This document shows, one piece after another, positions 26,633 to 40,510 of a stretch of DNA of 64,000 nucleotides. The notes beneath the pieces were generated by a model, which worked only from the letters and a program-made list of their open reading frames with translations, was not told the origin of the DNA and did not search any database. The DNA is taken from the NCBI RefSeq assembly GCF_009914755.1, contig NC_060946.1. One strand, given 5' to 3'. A program made the translations under genes and the position numbers. The DNA is from the human T2T-CHM13v2.0 reference genome, Homo sapiens. Position 1 is the first letter of the stretch; each line of letters opens with the position of its first letter.

Positions 26633-27319
26633 CTCATAGTTCCTGAGGAATACCTTTATCCCACCTGCAGCTTGCACTGAGGCCATCCGACAAGTCTGGA
26701 GTGAGCCAGGTTGACCCCAATGGCCAGCAAGATGGGTTGTAGATAAGCAACAGGGATCTCTGCCAAAAGACATCCACCTTCCCCACACCCCCAGGCCCTG
26801 TCTTTTCATCTCCTCCACCCTCAGGAGGCAAGAGCAGAGGGTCCAGGAGCCCAGATCAATCCAGTGCTCTTCCTCCAGTCTTTAGAAGAGGAAGAAAGCA
26901 TCAAATGTGAACCAGGAGAGAGCTAGGAGGCTGGTGGGAGAAGGGTCGAGACAAGCCAAGACATGACTGGGTTCATGGAAGAGACATAGTAAGACAGCAT
27001 CTGATGCCATGAGATCTAGTGGTGACAGACAGGGAGGGGCAGAGAGGAGTTCTGGGTGCAGAGAGTGAGAGGAAGACCAGGAGGGGCTTGAAAGGCTGCC
27101 CACCTGGGGTCATGCTATGAGTGACTGTGGCAGGCAGGGCCGGCTAATATAGGAAACATCAGGGAGTGAGAGGCAGAAGTCTGGGGAAACTGAGACACAG
27201 GGGTGGGAGGCGACTTTGTTAGGATCATCTGGCAGGCTAGGGGCTTAACTTCTGCATCAAAGTCTTACCTATCCATCTTCCTGCTTTCTGGATTACACCA
27301 AAAAGTAAATATGAGATTA

Positions 27320-27545
27320 GAGCAGGAGAGAAATACGATTTGGCAAACATCTGCTCTGTGTTAAGCCTTTATTTTACATTGACTTGTGGATTCCTCACAA
27401 GGGTAGGATGTGTGTGTTTACTCTTTTTAGTATTCCCATTTTACAGATGAAGAAACTGAGACTCGGAGAGGTGACTCCACCAGAAAGTGGCTGAGTCTGA
27501 GCTGAGACCCGAAATCTTCAGGTATCAGAGCTCTTCCCAGCACGC
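27320..27545 (-). mobile_element. MIR
   Basis: 'tattcccattttacagatgaagaaactgagactcggagagg'. Confidence 0.85.
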
Positions 27546-28009
27546 CTGTGGGTTTACTGCCCAGTGCTCCAAATCTGCTGAAACAGAGAGGAACATTTGT
27601 GGATGGGGTGGAGGGGTGAGTACTCTCCATCATTCCTCTGGGAAGAAACTCAGCCAAAATTCCTTGGAATCGGTTGCTTTAGGTTGCACGCAGGGGAGAA
27701 CAGACTCAGACAGGGATGTTTATAATGGCTTCCAAATGTCTGGCCGCAGCTGCCTCTCTGGCAGTGAGAGACGAGGAGGCCCAGGGGCCGGGGAGGCGAG
27801 ACCCACTCCCTGCCTCTCTCCTCCACATGCATTTTGAGAACACTGGCGCTTCTGGAGACCTGGGTGGAAAGATGTGCTGCTGCTCCAGTGTAAAAGCAAT
27901 GAATGAATGGGTGAGTGAATGAATGAATGAATGAATGAATGAATGCTGCAGGTGCAAAGTACAACTTTCCTTAACTGTTAAATGGGAATTTTTAACACCA
28001 TTACTGGTC

Positions 28010-28720
28010 ACTTCTTTCATTCTGTGAAGTCCTTCTGCGTATTAACCGCCTTGATGAAATCTCCCAAGGATCCAATCAGCATAGCCCATTTGACAGATAA
28101 TAAAACCAAGGCTCAGAGGTGAAGGCACTGGCCTAAGCCACTTAGTGATGATGGAGGGAAAACTTGAGCAGGGTCTCTTTGTTTTTAGAAGTCTTGCTCT
28201 TAACTTCACCCAAGGTAATTGGGTGAGGGGCTAACATGGGGCTAGGCACACAGTGAGTGTTCAGTTAATCCCAGTGGAAAAGATACATTGATAAGAGCTT
28301 CCTAGGGGTAGGGGTGGGGGTGAGTAGAAAGTGCAGGTGAGCCACACAGACCTGATCTCCATGGAGACTGTCATCCTTGATTAATTACCTCCCCTTGCCA
28401 AGACTCAGTTTCTTCTTCGTAATGTTGGGCATAATAACCTCAACCTCTCCCATCACTATCAGGCACACAGTAGGTAGTGTTTTAAAAATATCAACAGTAA
28501 GAACATAAATAATGGCTAATCTCTTTTGACTTTCTATGCCAGGTACAGAGCTCTTTATATGATTTCTTTTTGTTTTCTCATCTGTTCCTCCATCCAACCC
28601 TATGAGGTCAGTTTCTGTTTTCTAGAAAGAATAAGGAGGCTCAGAGAGGTTAAGTGGCCTGTATAAGGCCACACAGCTAGGAAATGTCTGAGTTGAGAGC
28701 CTGGTTTATGAACCTCTAGG
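28010..28720. mobile_element. Cluster of three MIR fragments (-, +, -)
   Basis: Cores near 28085 (-), 28400 (+) and 28640 (-, 'gaggctcagagaggttaagtggcct'). Confidence 0.7.
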
Positions 28721-28899
28721 CTTTTCAACTAACACACTTGTGAAAACATGCCAGTCAGTGTTTGGCTCATAGAGGCTTACAAAAAGAGCTAGACATTGCC
28801 CCCAGCTTTTCCCTATAAGAATCTCTCCTTTTCATAGATGGGGATCTGAGGTCCAGGGATGGAATGCCAGACTGCAGCCATCAAACGGTGCTTGCTCTT

Positions 28900-29270
28900 T
28901 GTATTAGTTTGTTTTCACATTGCTATAAAGAACTGCCCGAGAGTGGGTAATTTATAAACAAAGGAGGTTTAATTGCCTCACAGTTCTGCATGGCTGGGGA
29001 AGCCTCAGGAAAGTTACAATCATGGTGGAAGGGGAAGCAGGCATGTCTTACATGGCGTCAGGCGAGAGAGAGTGTGAAGGAGGAACAGTTAAACACCTCT
29101 AAAACCATCAGATCTTGTGAGAACTCATTCACTATCACGAGAACAGTATAGGGGAAACTGCCCCCATGATCCAATCACCTCTCACCAGGTGCCTCCCTCG
29201 ACACGTGGGGATTATGGGGATTACAATTGGAGGTGAGACTTGGGTGGGGACACAGAGGCAAACCATATCA
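28900..29270 (-). mobile_element. THE1D/MSTA-type MaLR solo LTR
   Basis: 'tgtattagtttgttttcacattgctataaag...aaaccatatca'; 5-bp TSD ctctt/ctcct. Confidence 0.9.
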
Positions 29271-29743
29271 CTCCTGAACAAGATTCCAGGTCACCACCCT
29301 AGAGGAAGAGGCCAGGGCAGGCCTGACAAAGTCCCCCACTATGTTCAAGGTCCCTCCCCGGATAAGCCTCCTTCTTGCACCGTTGCCCCTCTGTTAAGAG
29401 GAGTTAATCCTGATTTACTTTTAAGTTGCACATACCTGGGTTTCAGTTTTTCGATTAGAAATATGAAAGAGATTTATTGCAGAAAAGCAAGAGAGACGAC
29501 ATTCTAATTGGTTCACAATTTCCCTATTTGGAGAAAAACACGGTTTGGCATTTTCTACATTTCCTTCTTGGTACAATCGCCGTTGCTATGATCCGTGATC
29601 CTACAGAATACTCAGCTCTGCACAGATTCATTCTTTTTCCCAAAGCCAAGTCTATTGTTTTTTATTGATGAGAATGGAAAGTACGAATGGGTAAGAAGAT
29701 AAAGTCCTACCTAGGGAAAGGTAGTCACTGTCACTGTTTTGGC

Positions 29744-29772
29744 AGATGATAGATGATGATAGATAGATAGAT

Positions 29773-29809
<37 letters not shown>

Positions 29810-29871
29810 GTAGGTAGATAGAGATATAGTCACTGTGTATGTGTGTGTGTATCATTCACACACACACACAC
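29744..29871. repeat. (AGAT)n tetranucleotide STR followed by short (TG)n/(CA)n
   Basis: Near-perfect gata run at 29758-29822. Confidence 0.92.
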
Positions 29872-29923
29872 GTCCTCCACTCATATGTAAACATTATTGC
29901 ATACTTCAGTTCAGACTTTGCAT

Positions 29924-30236
29924 CAAGGTCTCAAACTCATAAGCCCTGGCAGGTTACAGGAATGAGTGTGGGGGCCAGGTGGGGGCTGGGCAAGCTGGAC
30001 TCCACATGCCCCATCCACAGGGGCAGCTGTTACTGCTCAGCTCAACTGCTGCCACAAAGAATGCAAGCCCAATGTCATCCCATGTTCCAATTTTACAAAA
30101 ATTGGAACTCCAGAAATCTAGATTTTTATATAAAAACTCCAACTTTTTAAAGATATTGGCAGCAAATTCCTTGTAAATAAAGCATACATGGAGCAAAGAG
30201 ACACATTGCGGGGTTGCCCTGAGTTTGCAACCTCTG
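29924..30236 (-). mobile_element. MER102 hAT-Charlie element
   Basis: 'ggggcagctgttactgctcagctc...ccagaaatctagatttttat...gtttgcaacctctg'. Confidence 0.75.
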
Positions 30237-31529
30237 CCGTCTGCATCCTGCAGACATACCCTTCTCACTTGATACTTGTACGCTAGGAATTTTCTCATGG
30301 ACCTGGTTAATTGCAAAATCTCTCATACATCTACTATTCTGGTTTGGGGTCAGAAGGGCACATTTTCTTCCTGTAGTCCTCCTTGTCTGCTAACTTCTTC
30401 TGAATCTCTCTCCTCTAGAACCACCCCCAGCCACTGCCCCGGCATCCTGCTCCCCCAAACCATTCAATTTTATTAATGGTTGATTTTCTTTTAAAGGTGT
30501 CTGGAGGCTGCTGCAAGCTCCACGGTTGCCAGTGGCTGATCAATATCTGGGGAGGGCGGGGGTGTCATTTCATTAGCTAAGTGCCATGTAATCTACTTGG
30601 TAAATCCCATAGCCTCTTCCTGAGCTGTCCAGAGATGATGCAAAGAAGCCTGGCCACAGGCCTAACTACGCCATCCTGCTGGAATCGGGAAGAAATGTTT
30701 GGAGATCCCCCTGCTGAGGTTTGATCTGGTCCCTTGCATTGTCCCCATCTCATCTCCCTCTGTGTCTCCAATCAATCATAGCCTGACTTCTTCAAGGCTT
30801 TAAAATGACAGAATTTCTCCGTCTGCACTAAGAAAGACCTCATCATCCCAAGAACTCTGCAAGGGGAGCAGTACACCCAGTTTACAGAGAAGACCGAGGC
30901 AGGGAGAGGTCATGGCACACTGCCAAGGTCCCAGCAGGCAGAGGCAGGATCTGAACCCGGGGCTGGCTGGCTCCTCATCCAGAAGCTGGCTCAGGGCAGC
31001 CACAGAAAGAGGCTTGTGTGAAGTGGCCTGGATTCCTGGCCCAGCCACAGTGGGAGTCCCCACAGTCTTGTGAAAAATTTACCACATTCCTCTGGTTTCT
31101 CTTTATGGGGACTGGTAGTCCCAGATGTCATTCAATTACAAAGTTATGGCCACCACCAGGGGCCAGTGAGCCCCATTCCTACCTGGCTGGAAGGCATTAG
31201 AGCTGTAAATGGCTTTCCTGGAGGCAGAGAGCCCGTGGGAAGGTGAGCTGGCCTCATAAGGCAACTTACGGGCCAGGGACAGTATTTTCTTGTGATTGGA
31301 GGTCAGTTTCAGTGTGGAGGACTGGAGACTCATGAGCAACCTGATACTCAGAACACAGGATTTCCATTGATTGTCTCTGCAGGGCACCTGGGGACATGGC
31401 ACCAAATTGTAGTGACCCCACCAGTCAGACTCAGAGGATATCCAGGGACCCTGGGCAGCATGGTCCACCTGGGCTGGTAGAGCTGGGAGTCCCTGAGGAC
31501 AAAACAAGGGGGAGGAGAAGATGAGTCCA

Positions 31530-31770
31530 GGAGTTGAGAGCACTGCCTTTGGAGCTAGAGAGAAGGGTTCCAGTCCTAGCTGCCCCCTTCATCAGCTGAC
31601 AACCGTGGATATTCCACCACCTCTTCGCCAGCCTCTATTTTCTCATCTGTGGAATGGGGATAATGGTACCTACTCCATAGAATTGTTCGAGGATTAACTG
31701 AGGTGATAGGATTCAAGTGTTTTACATCAGGCTTAGCACGGATTGCCCACATCAGATTAGATATTATCAC
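31530..31770 (+). mobile_element. MIR
   Basis: 'ttctcatctgtggaatggggataatggtacctac...gaggattaac'. Confidence 0.8.
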
Positions 31771-31798
31771 TAGCAGTAAAAGGAAGAAATGAGATTTG

Positions 31799-32151
31799 CT
31801 GTAGTTTCCCCCTTATCCTTGGGGAATATGTTCCAAGACCCCCACCGGATGCCTGAAACTGCAGATAAGACTGAACCCTATATACACTATGATTTTTCCT
31901 ATATGTACATTTTTCCTATACATACATACTTATGATAAAGTTGAATTTATAATCTCAGTAATAGATGAACAACAATAACTATCATAAAATAGAAGAATCA
32001 TAACAATATACTGTAATACAAATTCTGTGAATGTGGTCTCTCTCTCTCTTTTCCTCTCTCTCTCGCAAAATAATGTAGTATGTTTGGCCGCAGTTGACCG
32101 TGGGTAACTGAAACCACAGAAAGCGTAGCTGTGAGTAAGGGAGGACTCCTG
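31799..32151 (-). mobile_element. MER44A (TcMar-Tigger MITE)
   Basis: TIRs 'gtagtttccccttatcc' and 'taagggaggactcctg'; 'gttccaagacccc...ggatgcctgaaac', 'gttgaccgtgggtaactgaaacc'. Confidence 0.85.
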
Positions 32152-32263
32152 TGTTCAGAAGCTATTGTGTGCCAGGTACTGCGCCATCTTTCATAGACAT
32201 TTCATGTCATCCTGGAAAAGACCGATTTGAAAGATGAGGAAATTGAGGCTCAGATGAGCGTGA

Positions 32264-32671
<408 letters not shown>

Positions 32672-33091
32672 TGAGTAGGGCAGGAGACGGGAGGCAGGAT
32701 CCAGAGACAAAGGCGAGAGAGGCAGTGTGAGGAGACCCTGTAGTCTGGAGACCTGGCAGAGACGCCTGATCTGGGACAGATGCCATGCGTCTCCACCTGG
32801 GCTGCCTCCACTGGGGGAGGCAAGGAGGCCTTGTCTCAGGGGCTTCCCAGAGTCAGGGATGCATGGCAGATCTCCATGTGAGAGGCTCCTGAGGGGCAGA
32901 CGTTGAGGGCATCGCAGTCTCGACCTACTGGAAGTCAGGTAGGCTGGTGTGGAACCTCAGCTCTGGCACACTCGGCGTGACCCGGGACAAGCCACATCAG
33001 CCCTCTGAGCCCTGGGTTCCTGACACGGGAAACAAAGAACATGCTATGCAGAGTTGCCATGGCGATTAAATAAGCGAATGCAAAAGAGGCT

Positions 33092-33483
33092 GGTGCAGGT
33101 TGGTTCCCCTGCTTGTATGCAGGGGCTTATGGGGGTACAGTGGGGGGCACTCAGTATCAACACCTGTAGGGGAAGAGAAATAAGCAGGATGGGGCAGAAG
33201 AAGCAGTTGGGGTGTGATTCAGGCTCAACAGGGGTCTCAGCTGATCAAGCTGGGGCAGCTTTGGGGCCGAGAATGCTCTTCAAAGTCATCCTGCCTAAAG
33301 GTAAGGAGGTTGGGACGGTGTGCCCCCTGCATCGACTAGTCACCAGAAGGAGGTTTGACCTTGGTCAAGGCAGCTCTTTCCAGCTGAGGGCGGTCACCTG
33401 CCGGGATCAGGGCTCAGCTGGGAGCTGTCAGCACTCCCAGTAGCTGGGGTGATATCCGGGCAATGCACCAGAGCACCCAGCAA
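33092..33483 (-). mobile_element. LTR16A-like ERVL LTR
   Basis: 'caacacctgtagggg...agcaggatggggcaga...ccccctgcatcgactagtca...gggctcagctgggagctgtcagc'. Confidence 0.7.
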
Positions 33484-34199
33484 AGAGCCACTTGACACCT
33501 GGCTGGGGACAAGCACATCACTTGCCTTTTCCTCTGCCAGGGAGCCTGCCATGCAGCCAACAAGGGCAGGCAAGGGTGAAAAGGGACGGCTTCCAGGTAG
33601 GTAAGAAACCAGGCTAGGGGAGAAGGTGTGATGGATGGCAGCAGACAATTCCGCCCTGCCAGTGTTTAATGGGGCTAAGGTCTTAGGTGAGCCCTTTGTG
33701 TGCTGGTAGTGGTGGTGTGCTATGTCCCCTGAATGATACAGCTGGCAGCATCTGGGCGAGTGAGGCAGGAGGATGGAGGAGAAACCGCAGCGCCACATTC
33801 CTGCGGCCCCTGCCTTGCCTCGCCTGTCACCCCGCAGGGCTGTGCCTTACAGCCGGCGCTCGACCCTGGAAAAAATTGACTGTCTGTTTCTGCCTGACTG
33901 CTCGAGAGTTACAGGCTGCAGGGGCGGGGGGAGGAGGCGCGAGGGCAGGCGGGCGGCTGCCTCCTCATCAGGATGGATTTTTCTGCTTCTCTGCTTGTAG
34001 GAAGAGCAGGAACAGGATACGGGAGGCTGCTCAAGGAGTAATCACTGTGCGGGGTGAGGGCATGTCAGGGGCTGGCTTTGTGATGGAGGGAAGAGAAAGG
34101 GAGGGGGGATTAGGGCAGAGAAGCCTCAGGGAAGGCTGAGACCTTGGGGGACCTCAGAGAAAGTGGAACCAGGGGTTCCTCCAGCTGTATGTATGTGCA

Positions 34200-34850
34200 T
34201 ACTCTCCTTTCCTCCTTTCTTTCCTCCCTCCATCTCTCCCTCTCTCCCTTCCTTCCTTGTTTCCTTCCTTACCTCCTTTCCTCCCTCTTTTCTTTCTTTC
34301 CTCCTTCCTCCTTTCCTTCTGTTTATTCATCTGTCACCCACCCATCCACCCACCAACCCATCTTCCTTCCCCTGCCTCTCTCCATCCATCCATCCATCCA
34401 TCCATCCATCCATCCATCCATCCAACCACCTGTTAACTTATTTATTCACACATTTCCACACCCATTCTTTCTCTCTTCTTTCCTAGCACTCATTTGCCCA
34501 GCACACATTTCTCGGGCACTGCCCCATCCCTGGGCTGGTACTGGGTGCTAGTGATAACCAGGTACCAGGTCCTGCCCTCATGGGTTTCACAGTGTGATGG
34601 GAGAGGAGATGGATCAGCAGAAAGAGGACCGCATTCTTGGTGGGTCAGAGTTCTTAGGGAGAACCCAAGGTGTGTTGGAACGTTGGAGACACTTGAGGAC
34701 TTGAGGGGGTCAGAGAGGGCTTCCTGCAGGAGGAAGCACTGGGAGTCAGCCTGGAAAAGGGATGGAGGCGTGGAGGAGCAGAGTGTCTGTGGCCTTAGGA
34801 GTATTTGTGTGGCTGGCGGCTGGCATGCAGAGCAGTGATGAGCAGGGAGT
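34200..34850 (-). mobile_element. L2 with CT-rich/(TCCA)n expansion at its 3' end
   Basis: (tcca)n 34381-34423, then 'ggtcctgccctcatggg...gggtcagagagggcttcctgcagga'. Confidence 0.65.
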
Positions 34851-34959
34851 GGGAAGAGGTTTTTCTATATCTGGAGAAATGAGTATGATCTGGATTACCC
34901 AAACCCAAGACCTTGGGTTAAAGAATTTGGGCTTTACTTTGCATTAAGTAGAGTTGTTC

Positions 34960-35385
<426 letters not shown>

Positions 35386-36519
35386 ATGTTATGTGGATCC
35401 TCCTCTGGACTTCGATGAGATCAACATACTGCAGCTTCCACCTCTTGCACGACAAAGAATCAGACTTTGGGGGAAAAGTAAAAGCTGCTTTTCCTCCAAG
35501 TTAGGGCCATGCCCCAGGTCCTTAGGCAGATGCACAAGATCCTCCAGAGTGTTCTACATCCCCAGGCTCATCTCCATCAATTTCAGCTTCCACTTTCATT
35601 TCACGGTTTCATAAGTGTCCAGGTTGCCTCTATGTGGAGCTGCTCCCCACCACTATCTGTGCCTGGCCCACTCCCCATCTCTGGAGTCTCACCTTAGAGT
35701 CCTCTCCACCAACAAGTCACTCTCGGCCTCCTCCCAACTTGGGTGTTTTCCCTGTTGCCCCAAGACCAGCTCTGAGAGCTGAGGTCAGGCCCCGCCCAGC
35801 ACGTAGTAGGTGCTCAATATGTTTGTTGAATGTTTCAGCCAACAAACCAAGAAAGGCATGCATAAAAAATGTGGACATGCAAGTTCATGAACATCCATCT
35901 TCATTCTCCTGGGATCAGTAAATTCACATGAGGTGAGCAGGGAGGGGGCAGGGAGGATGGAGGGGTGGCAGGGCACCATCCTCAGAACAGCTCCAGCACA
36001 CAGTAGGTGCTCAGAGAGTGTGGATTTAGAGAAAACTGTGAGCCTAGCCATGTATCCAGGAGGTTCTATAGAAGTAACACTGAGCAGGATTTGGAGATCT
36101 GAAAACATGGTCATCGGCAGTCCAAAAATGTCCCTTAAACCTCAGGGCACAGTGCCACCTGGCCCAACTTCGCCTCACACACTGAAGAAGACGGTGTAGG
36201 ACATTTTCTGAATGTGCACCCTCATTCCAACTGTTTACATCATTAATTCATACGGCCCAATTTGCATCTGCACACCAACTCAATACTTTTTATGATGCAA
36301 TTACTACTCAGAGATGAATTTTTTATGAGTTTCCTTTTAATGTCTCCAGGGCCTTTTATTTTGAAGAAAACCTCCTTGTGGAAAATGGCTAATCTTTCTT
36401 ACAGTGAAGACTGAAAGCCTTCTGGTTCTCCCAGTCACAACCTAAATGACACTTCTTCCAGGAAGCCTTCGCTGGCCTGGATGAATGGGGAGGTAGAGCT
36501 CCCTGTGTGATGGGCAGCA

Positions 36520-36780
36520 AAGTAGGTTGGTGGTTAAGAGAACAAAAAGTGGGGTCAAAATAACCTGGTTTCAGGTTCTCACTGCAGCACTTAGTAGCTG
36601 TGCAAACTTGAATAAGTAACTCAATTTCTCTGAGCCCCAGATACTTCATCTCAACATAGGGTTCAATAGCCTCTCTCCTAGACTTGCCTTTAGAATGAGT
36701 GAGATCTTACAGGCTAAGTACTTGGTGCAGAGTTAGCACTCATGAAATATCCACTACTATTATTATAACACACTAGTATA
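36520..36780 (+). mobile_element. MIR
   Basis: 'gtggttaagag...cacttagtagctgtg...tctctgagcccc'. Confidence 0.8.
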
Positions 36781-37404
36781 ACACAGCAGCTGGCAGCCAT
36801 CCACACAGATAGGTTCACCTTTTTGGCCTCCATAATTCATTTGGTGGTTATGGAGATAAAGGTGCAGGTGCTCACCCTCCCCCAGAGAGATACATAGCAT
36901 ATCTTAGGAGTTTAATGTCCATGAGCTTTGGTATACATCAAATTGTCTTTCTTTCTTTTTTCTTGATCATCACAGTGTTGATCAGGTCTGTCTACCAAAT
37001 CAGGAAGGGGAAACAGGAGGGGAAAAGGTAGAGGGAGCCCTGGGGAAGCAGTTTGCCCTGGGGTGAGGTGGTGAAGGCAGCCTGGATTTGAACTCTGCTT
37101 CCTAGAGTTTCTGAGGTCTTGGGCTGGGAGGTGCCTTCTTTCCATTTTACAGATGTAACGCTTTAGGTCCACAAAGGGGAGGGAAGGGGCTAAGGTCCTA
37201 TTGCTCCTCCCAGTGCCTGGAATAATGCGTTTTTAGGGAAGCTTCCTCTGAATGTCTAAGACACCCTGGATTTCCTTTTTAAAACACTCTCCCAACTTCT
37301 CGTAAAGGCTTTTTCTTTTTCTTTTATCCTCACACTTTATACTTTATATCTATCTTTCTCTATTTTCCTTCTTTCTCTCTCTCTCATCTATCTACCTTTA
37401 TCTT

Positions 37405-37692
37405 CTTATTTTTTATTTGACAAATAAAAATTATACACATTTATGGTATATAGCACGGTATTTTGAAATACGTATACCCTATGGAATGGCCATACCAAGC
37501 TAATTAGCATATGTATTACTGCACATACTTAACATTTATTTGTAGTGAGAACACTTCAAATCTATTTTCTTAGCAATTTTCAAGTACACAATACATTGTC
37601 ATTAACTATAGTCACCCATGCTGTACAACAGATGCCTTGAATTTATTCCTCCTGTCTAACCGAAATTTTGTATTCTTTGACCAACATCTCTA
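37405..37692 (-). mobile_element. L1MA (about MA6-9) 3' end
   Basis: 'ttgacaaataaaaatt...gtgagaacact...ttagcaattttcaagt...ttaactatagtcacc...tttgaccaacatctc'. Confidence 0.85.
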
Positions 37693-38109
37693 AAATTTCC
37701 TTGCCATATTATTGACAAAACATTACACATTCAAAAAATAAAACATTCAAAATAAAACATTCAAGCAGCACAAAAACTCTCTCACCTCTTTGAACCCTAG
37801 TACCCCAGCTTTCTCACTAGACACCAACTTTTCCCAATTTCCTGCAGATCCTTCCAGAGACCTTCTCTACAAGAACCAATATATCAAAGCCTATCCAAGG
37901 CTCTTGTTTTGTAGAAATGGACATGAAGTGCAGTCATTGCCTGTGCCTTCACTTTTGTCACTTAGGTGTTGTTCTGTCACCATATAGGGATCTGCTTCAT
38001 TTAAGGGCCACATGGTATCTCATGTTAGAATAAGCCAAATTGCATTTAACCAATCTATCAATGGACGTTTTGGTTGCTCCCAAATCTTCATCTATTACTA
38101 CATTTTTGA

Positions 38110-38237
38110 TATCTGCCTTTCCCACCTGACTGTAGACTTTATGAGGATAGTGCAGTCTGTGTCTATTTTATTTCTGTCTCTTCAAAGTATAGCATGGGGT
38201 GTCTGAAACATGGTAGGTGCTCAATAAACAGTCCTTA
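38110..38237 (+). mobile_element. L2 3' end
   Basis: 'gactgtagactttatgagg...acatggtaggtgctcaataaa'. Confidence 0.75.
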
Positions 38238-38435
38238 GATGGATGGATAAAAGGATGGATGGATGGATGGATGGATGGATGGATGGATGGATAAAAGGAT
38301 GGATGGATGGATGGATGGATGGATGGATGAATGGATGGATGGATAGATGGATGGATGGATAGATGGATGTATGATGTATGGATGGATGATGGATGGATGG
38401 ATGGATGGATGGATGGATGATAAATAGATGGATTG
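38238..38435. repeat. (GGAT)n microsatellite
   Basis: Long near-perfect ggat array at the L2 tail. Confidence 0.93.
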
Positions 38436-38896
38436 GTTAGTTGTAGAACCTGGACTAAGTCTCTGATTCTCCTACCCCACTCTTTTGTGGCCTGAGGGAC
38501 CCAGCTCTTTGACAGTCTCACCCAAGGAGGAACGCAGTACGGAGTCCCCATCTTCAGGCAGAGCCAACAGTGGAGACGAGCACATGCTGTCCCGCTGTGC
38601 TCACAGCTCCATGAGCAATAGCAGGCTCCCAACCAAAGCTCTCCCTTGGACGCTCACAGATAGCAGCGGCTTCCCAAGGCCTGCTGGGTGGAGTTGCACC
38701 ACGTTATGGAAACTTCTATTTCTGCTTTATAAAAACAAAGTAGGAAAGGAAACCTGGCTCGGCAAGAGACACATGCTGGCCTCGTGAGTCATCTTTCTCC
38801 AAGCAAGACCAGAAAATCCTCCCAAAACTGGGGCTTTCACTGAGTCTTTGGCCTACATGCTTATGTTTCTCCCTCCCGAACCCCAGAGCCCTGTAC

Positions 38897-39162
38897 ACAT
38901 GGGAGTTGCAAACTCAAGTGCCCCCCAGGAGACTGGCCAGAAATGTACAATAAAAAGTGAGGCCAGCACATGGCAAAATGAAGGACACTTTTCTCTTCTA
39001 CACCAGCAATCTTGTGTTTTTTTTTTGTTTTTTTTTTAATGTGAAATATCTCAACTTTTAAATTTCAGAGACCAATGAAGATATTTTTTAAAATGCTACA
39101 TAGGCTAAGTCAACTTACAGAGGGCTGGCTTTGGTCAGATGGCCACCTGTGTGAGCCTCTGT
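38897..39162 (-). mobile_element. MER102-like fragment
   Basis: 'gttgcaaactcaagtgcc...atgtgaaatatctcaacttttaaa...gagcctctg'. Confidence 0.55.
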
Positions 39163-39424
39163 TGGATGCTCTGTTGGATGTGAGAGTCAGCAACACTCGA
39201 GATCATTTATGTTTTCACCTTCTCTGTGGACTGGGACTCTCTCTGTGCAATTCTGTATCTCTGAGACCCTGCAGAGTGGGAAAATAAAGCAATTGTTGTG
39301 TGCTTTTTTTGCTTTTAATTAATGCATTGATTTTACAGATACTTATTGATCATTCCATGTATATGCTAGTCTAGGTGATGTCCGTTTTGCATCTCTTTTC
39401 TATCTTCTTTCTGCATCTGCTGCA

Positions 39425-39900
39425 TCCTAGTGGCTATAAGCTTAAGCTCTAGTTTCAAATTGCCTGGGTTCAAATCCTGGCTCTGTCACTTACTAGCTAA
39501 GTGACCTTGGATGTGGGATTCAGCTTTTTTCCCCAAGCCTCAGTTTGCTCACTTGTGAAATAGGGGTCATTATAGTCTCTCTCACTGTGAGAACTAAATG
39601 AACTGATGTCAGGAAATGTTTAGAATACCCCCTGGTTCCTGTTCAGCTGTTGATCATCACCCATTTGCCACATTCTTGTTAAATGCCCTTTATGGGTTAA
39701 GCTTGTGCTTGGCATTAAGGTTTCTGCAACAAGCAAAGTGGGGCCCACTCCCACAAAGACTTTCTTACTAAATTCTCAAAGTAACCCCATTGTACAGATG
39801 CAAAAACTGCGGGTCAGGGAGGGAAAGTGACTTTCCTGAGGTCACACAGCTGGTCAGTGTCTGAGATGGGATTCCAATCAAGTACATCTGTCCTTCCTAC
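39425..39900. mobile_element. MIR (+) and MIR (-) fragments
   Basis: 'gcctgggttcaaatcctggctctgtcacttactagc' (+); 'cccattgtacagatg...aggtcacacagct' (-). Confidence 0.8.
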
Positions 39901-40334
39901 CAGAACCCATGCTTCTTCTGGGCGCAGAGAGATGGAAAGGATCCCTCTTTTCCCAAGGCTTCCCTTGACAGGCAAGGAGTTGGCCTCCGTTTCTGCAAGA
40001 GTCCCTCAGACAGCTCTGATCATTTTCAAGTGGACCCAAAAAGAGAAGGGCTGGCATGTGCTCATGATCCCAAGCCTGGGAGCTTGGCACAGCACAGGCC
40101 CTTCTTACTGGGCATGGAACCAAAATTCTTAGAAGCTTCTGACTTGTTTTCTCCTTTGGATGAAGGCATAGTGCATGTTCGCTGTGTGCCTCCATGCATG
40201 CCTCGTAACAGAGAATGGTCACACACATAGGGAGTCCACAGCTGAGGGTCATGTACCTTACCTTCCAAAGCCCCAGCCCTCTGCAGGGTGCTGTCTTGCC
40301 ACCTTTCCAGGAACCATGACCTCTGGGTTAGTTG

Positions 40335-40510
40335 GCAGCCAACATTTACTGAGCAGTTAATGCACATCAGACTCTATTCAAAGAACTTTACATTAACAGA
40401 CTCAGTCTGCACAATCATCCCCAGAGAGGTAGATGCTATGGTACTTCCATTTGACAGATGAGGACACTGAGGCCCAAAAAGCAGAAGTAACTTGCTTAAG
40501 GTCATGATGC
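40335..40510 (-). mobile_element. MIR
   Basis: 'ccatttgacagatgaggacactgaggccc'. Confidence 0.8.

Noticed and set aside
25270-26818. His/Thr-rich and Cys/Val-rich ORFs
   Set aside because: Translations of the (CA)n/(TG)n tract.
31150-31168. CTCF-like 'ccaccaggggccag' (also 'ccactaggtggaag' at about 1110)
   Set aside because: Each mismatches a core position; not supportable without a PWM scan or ChIP data.
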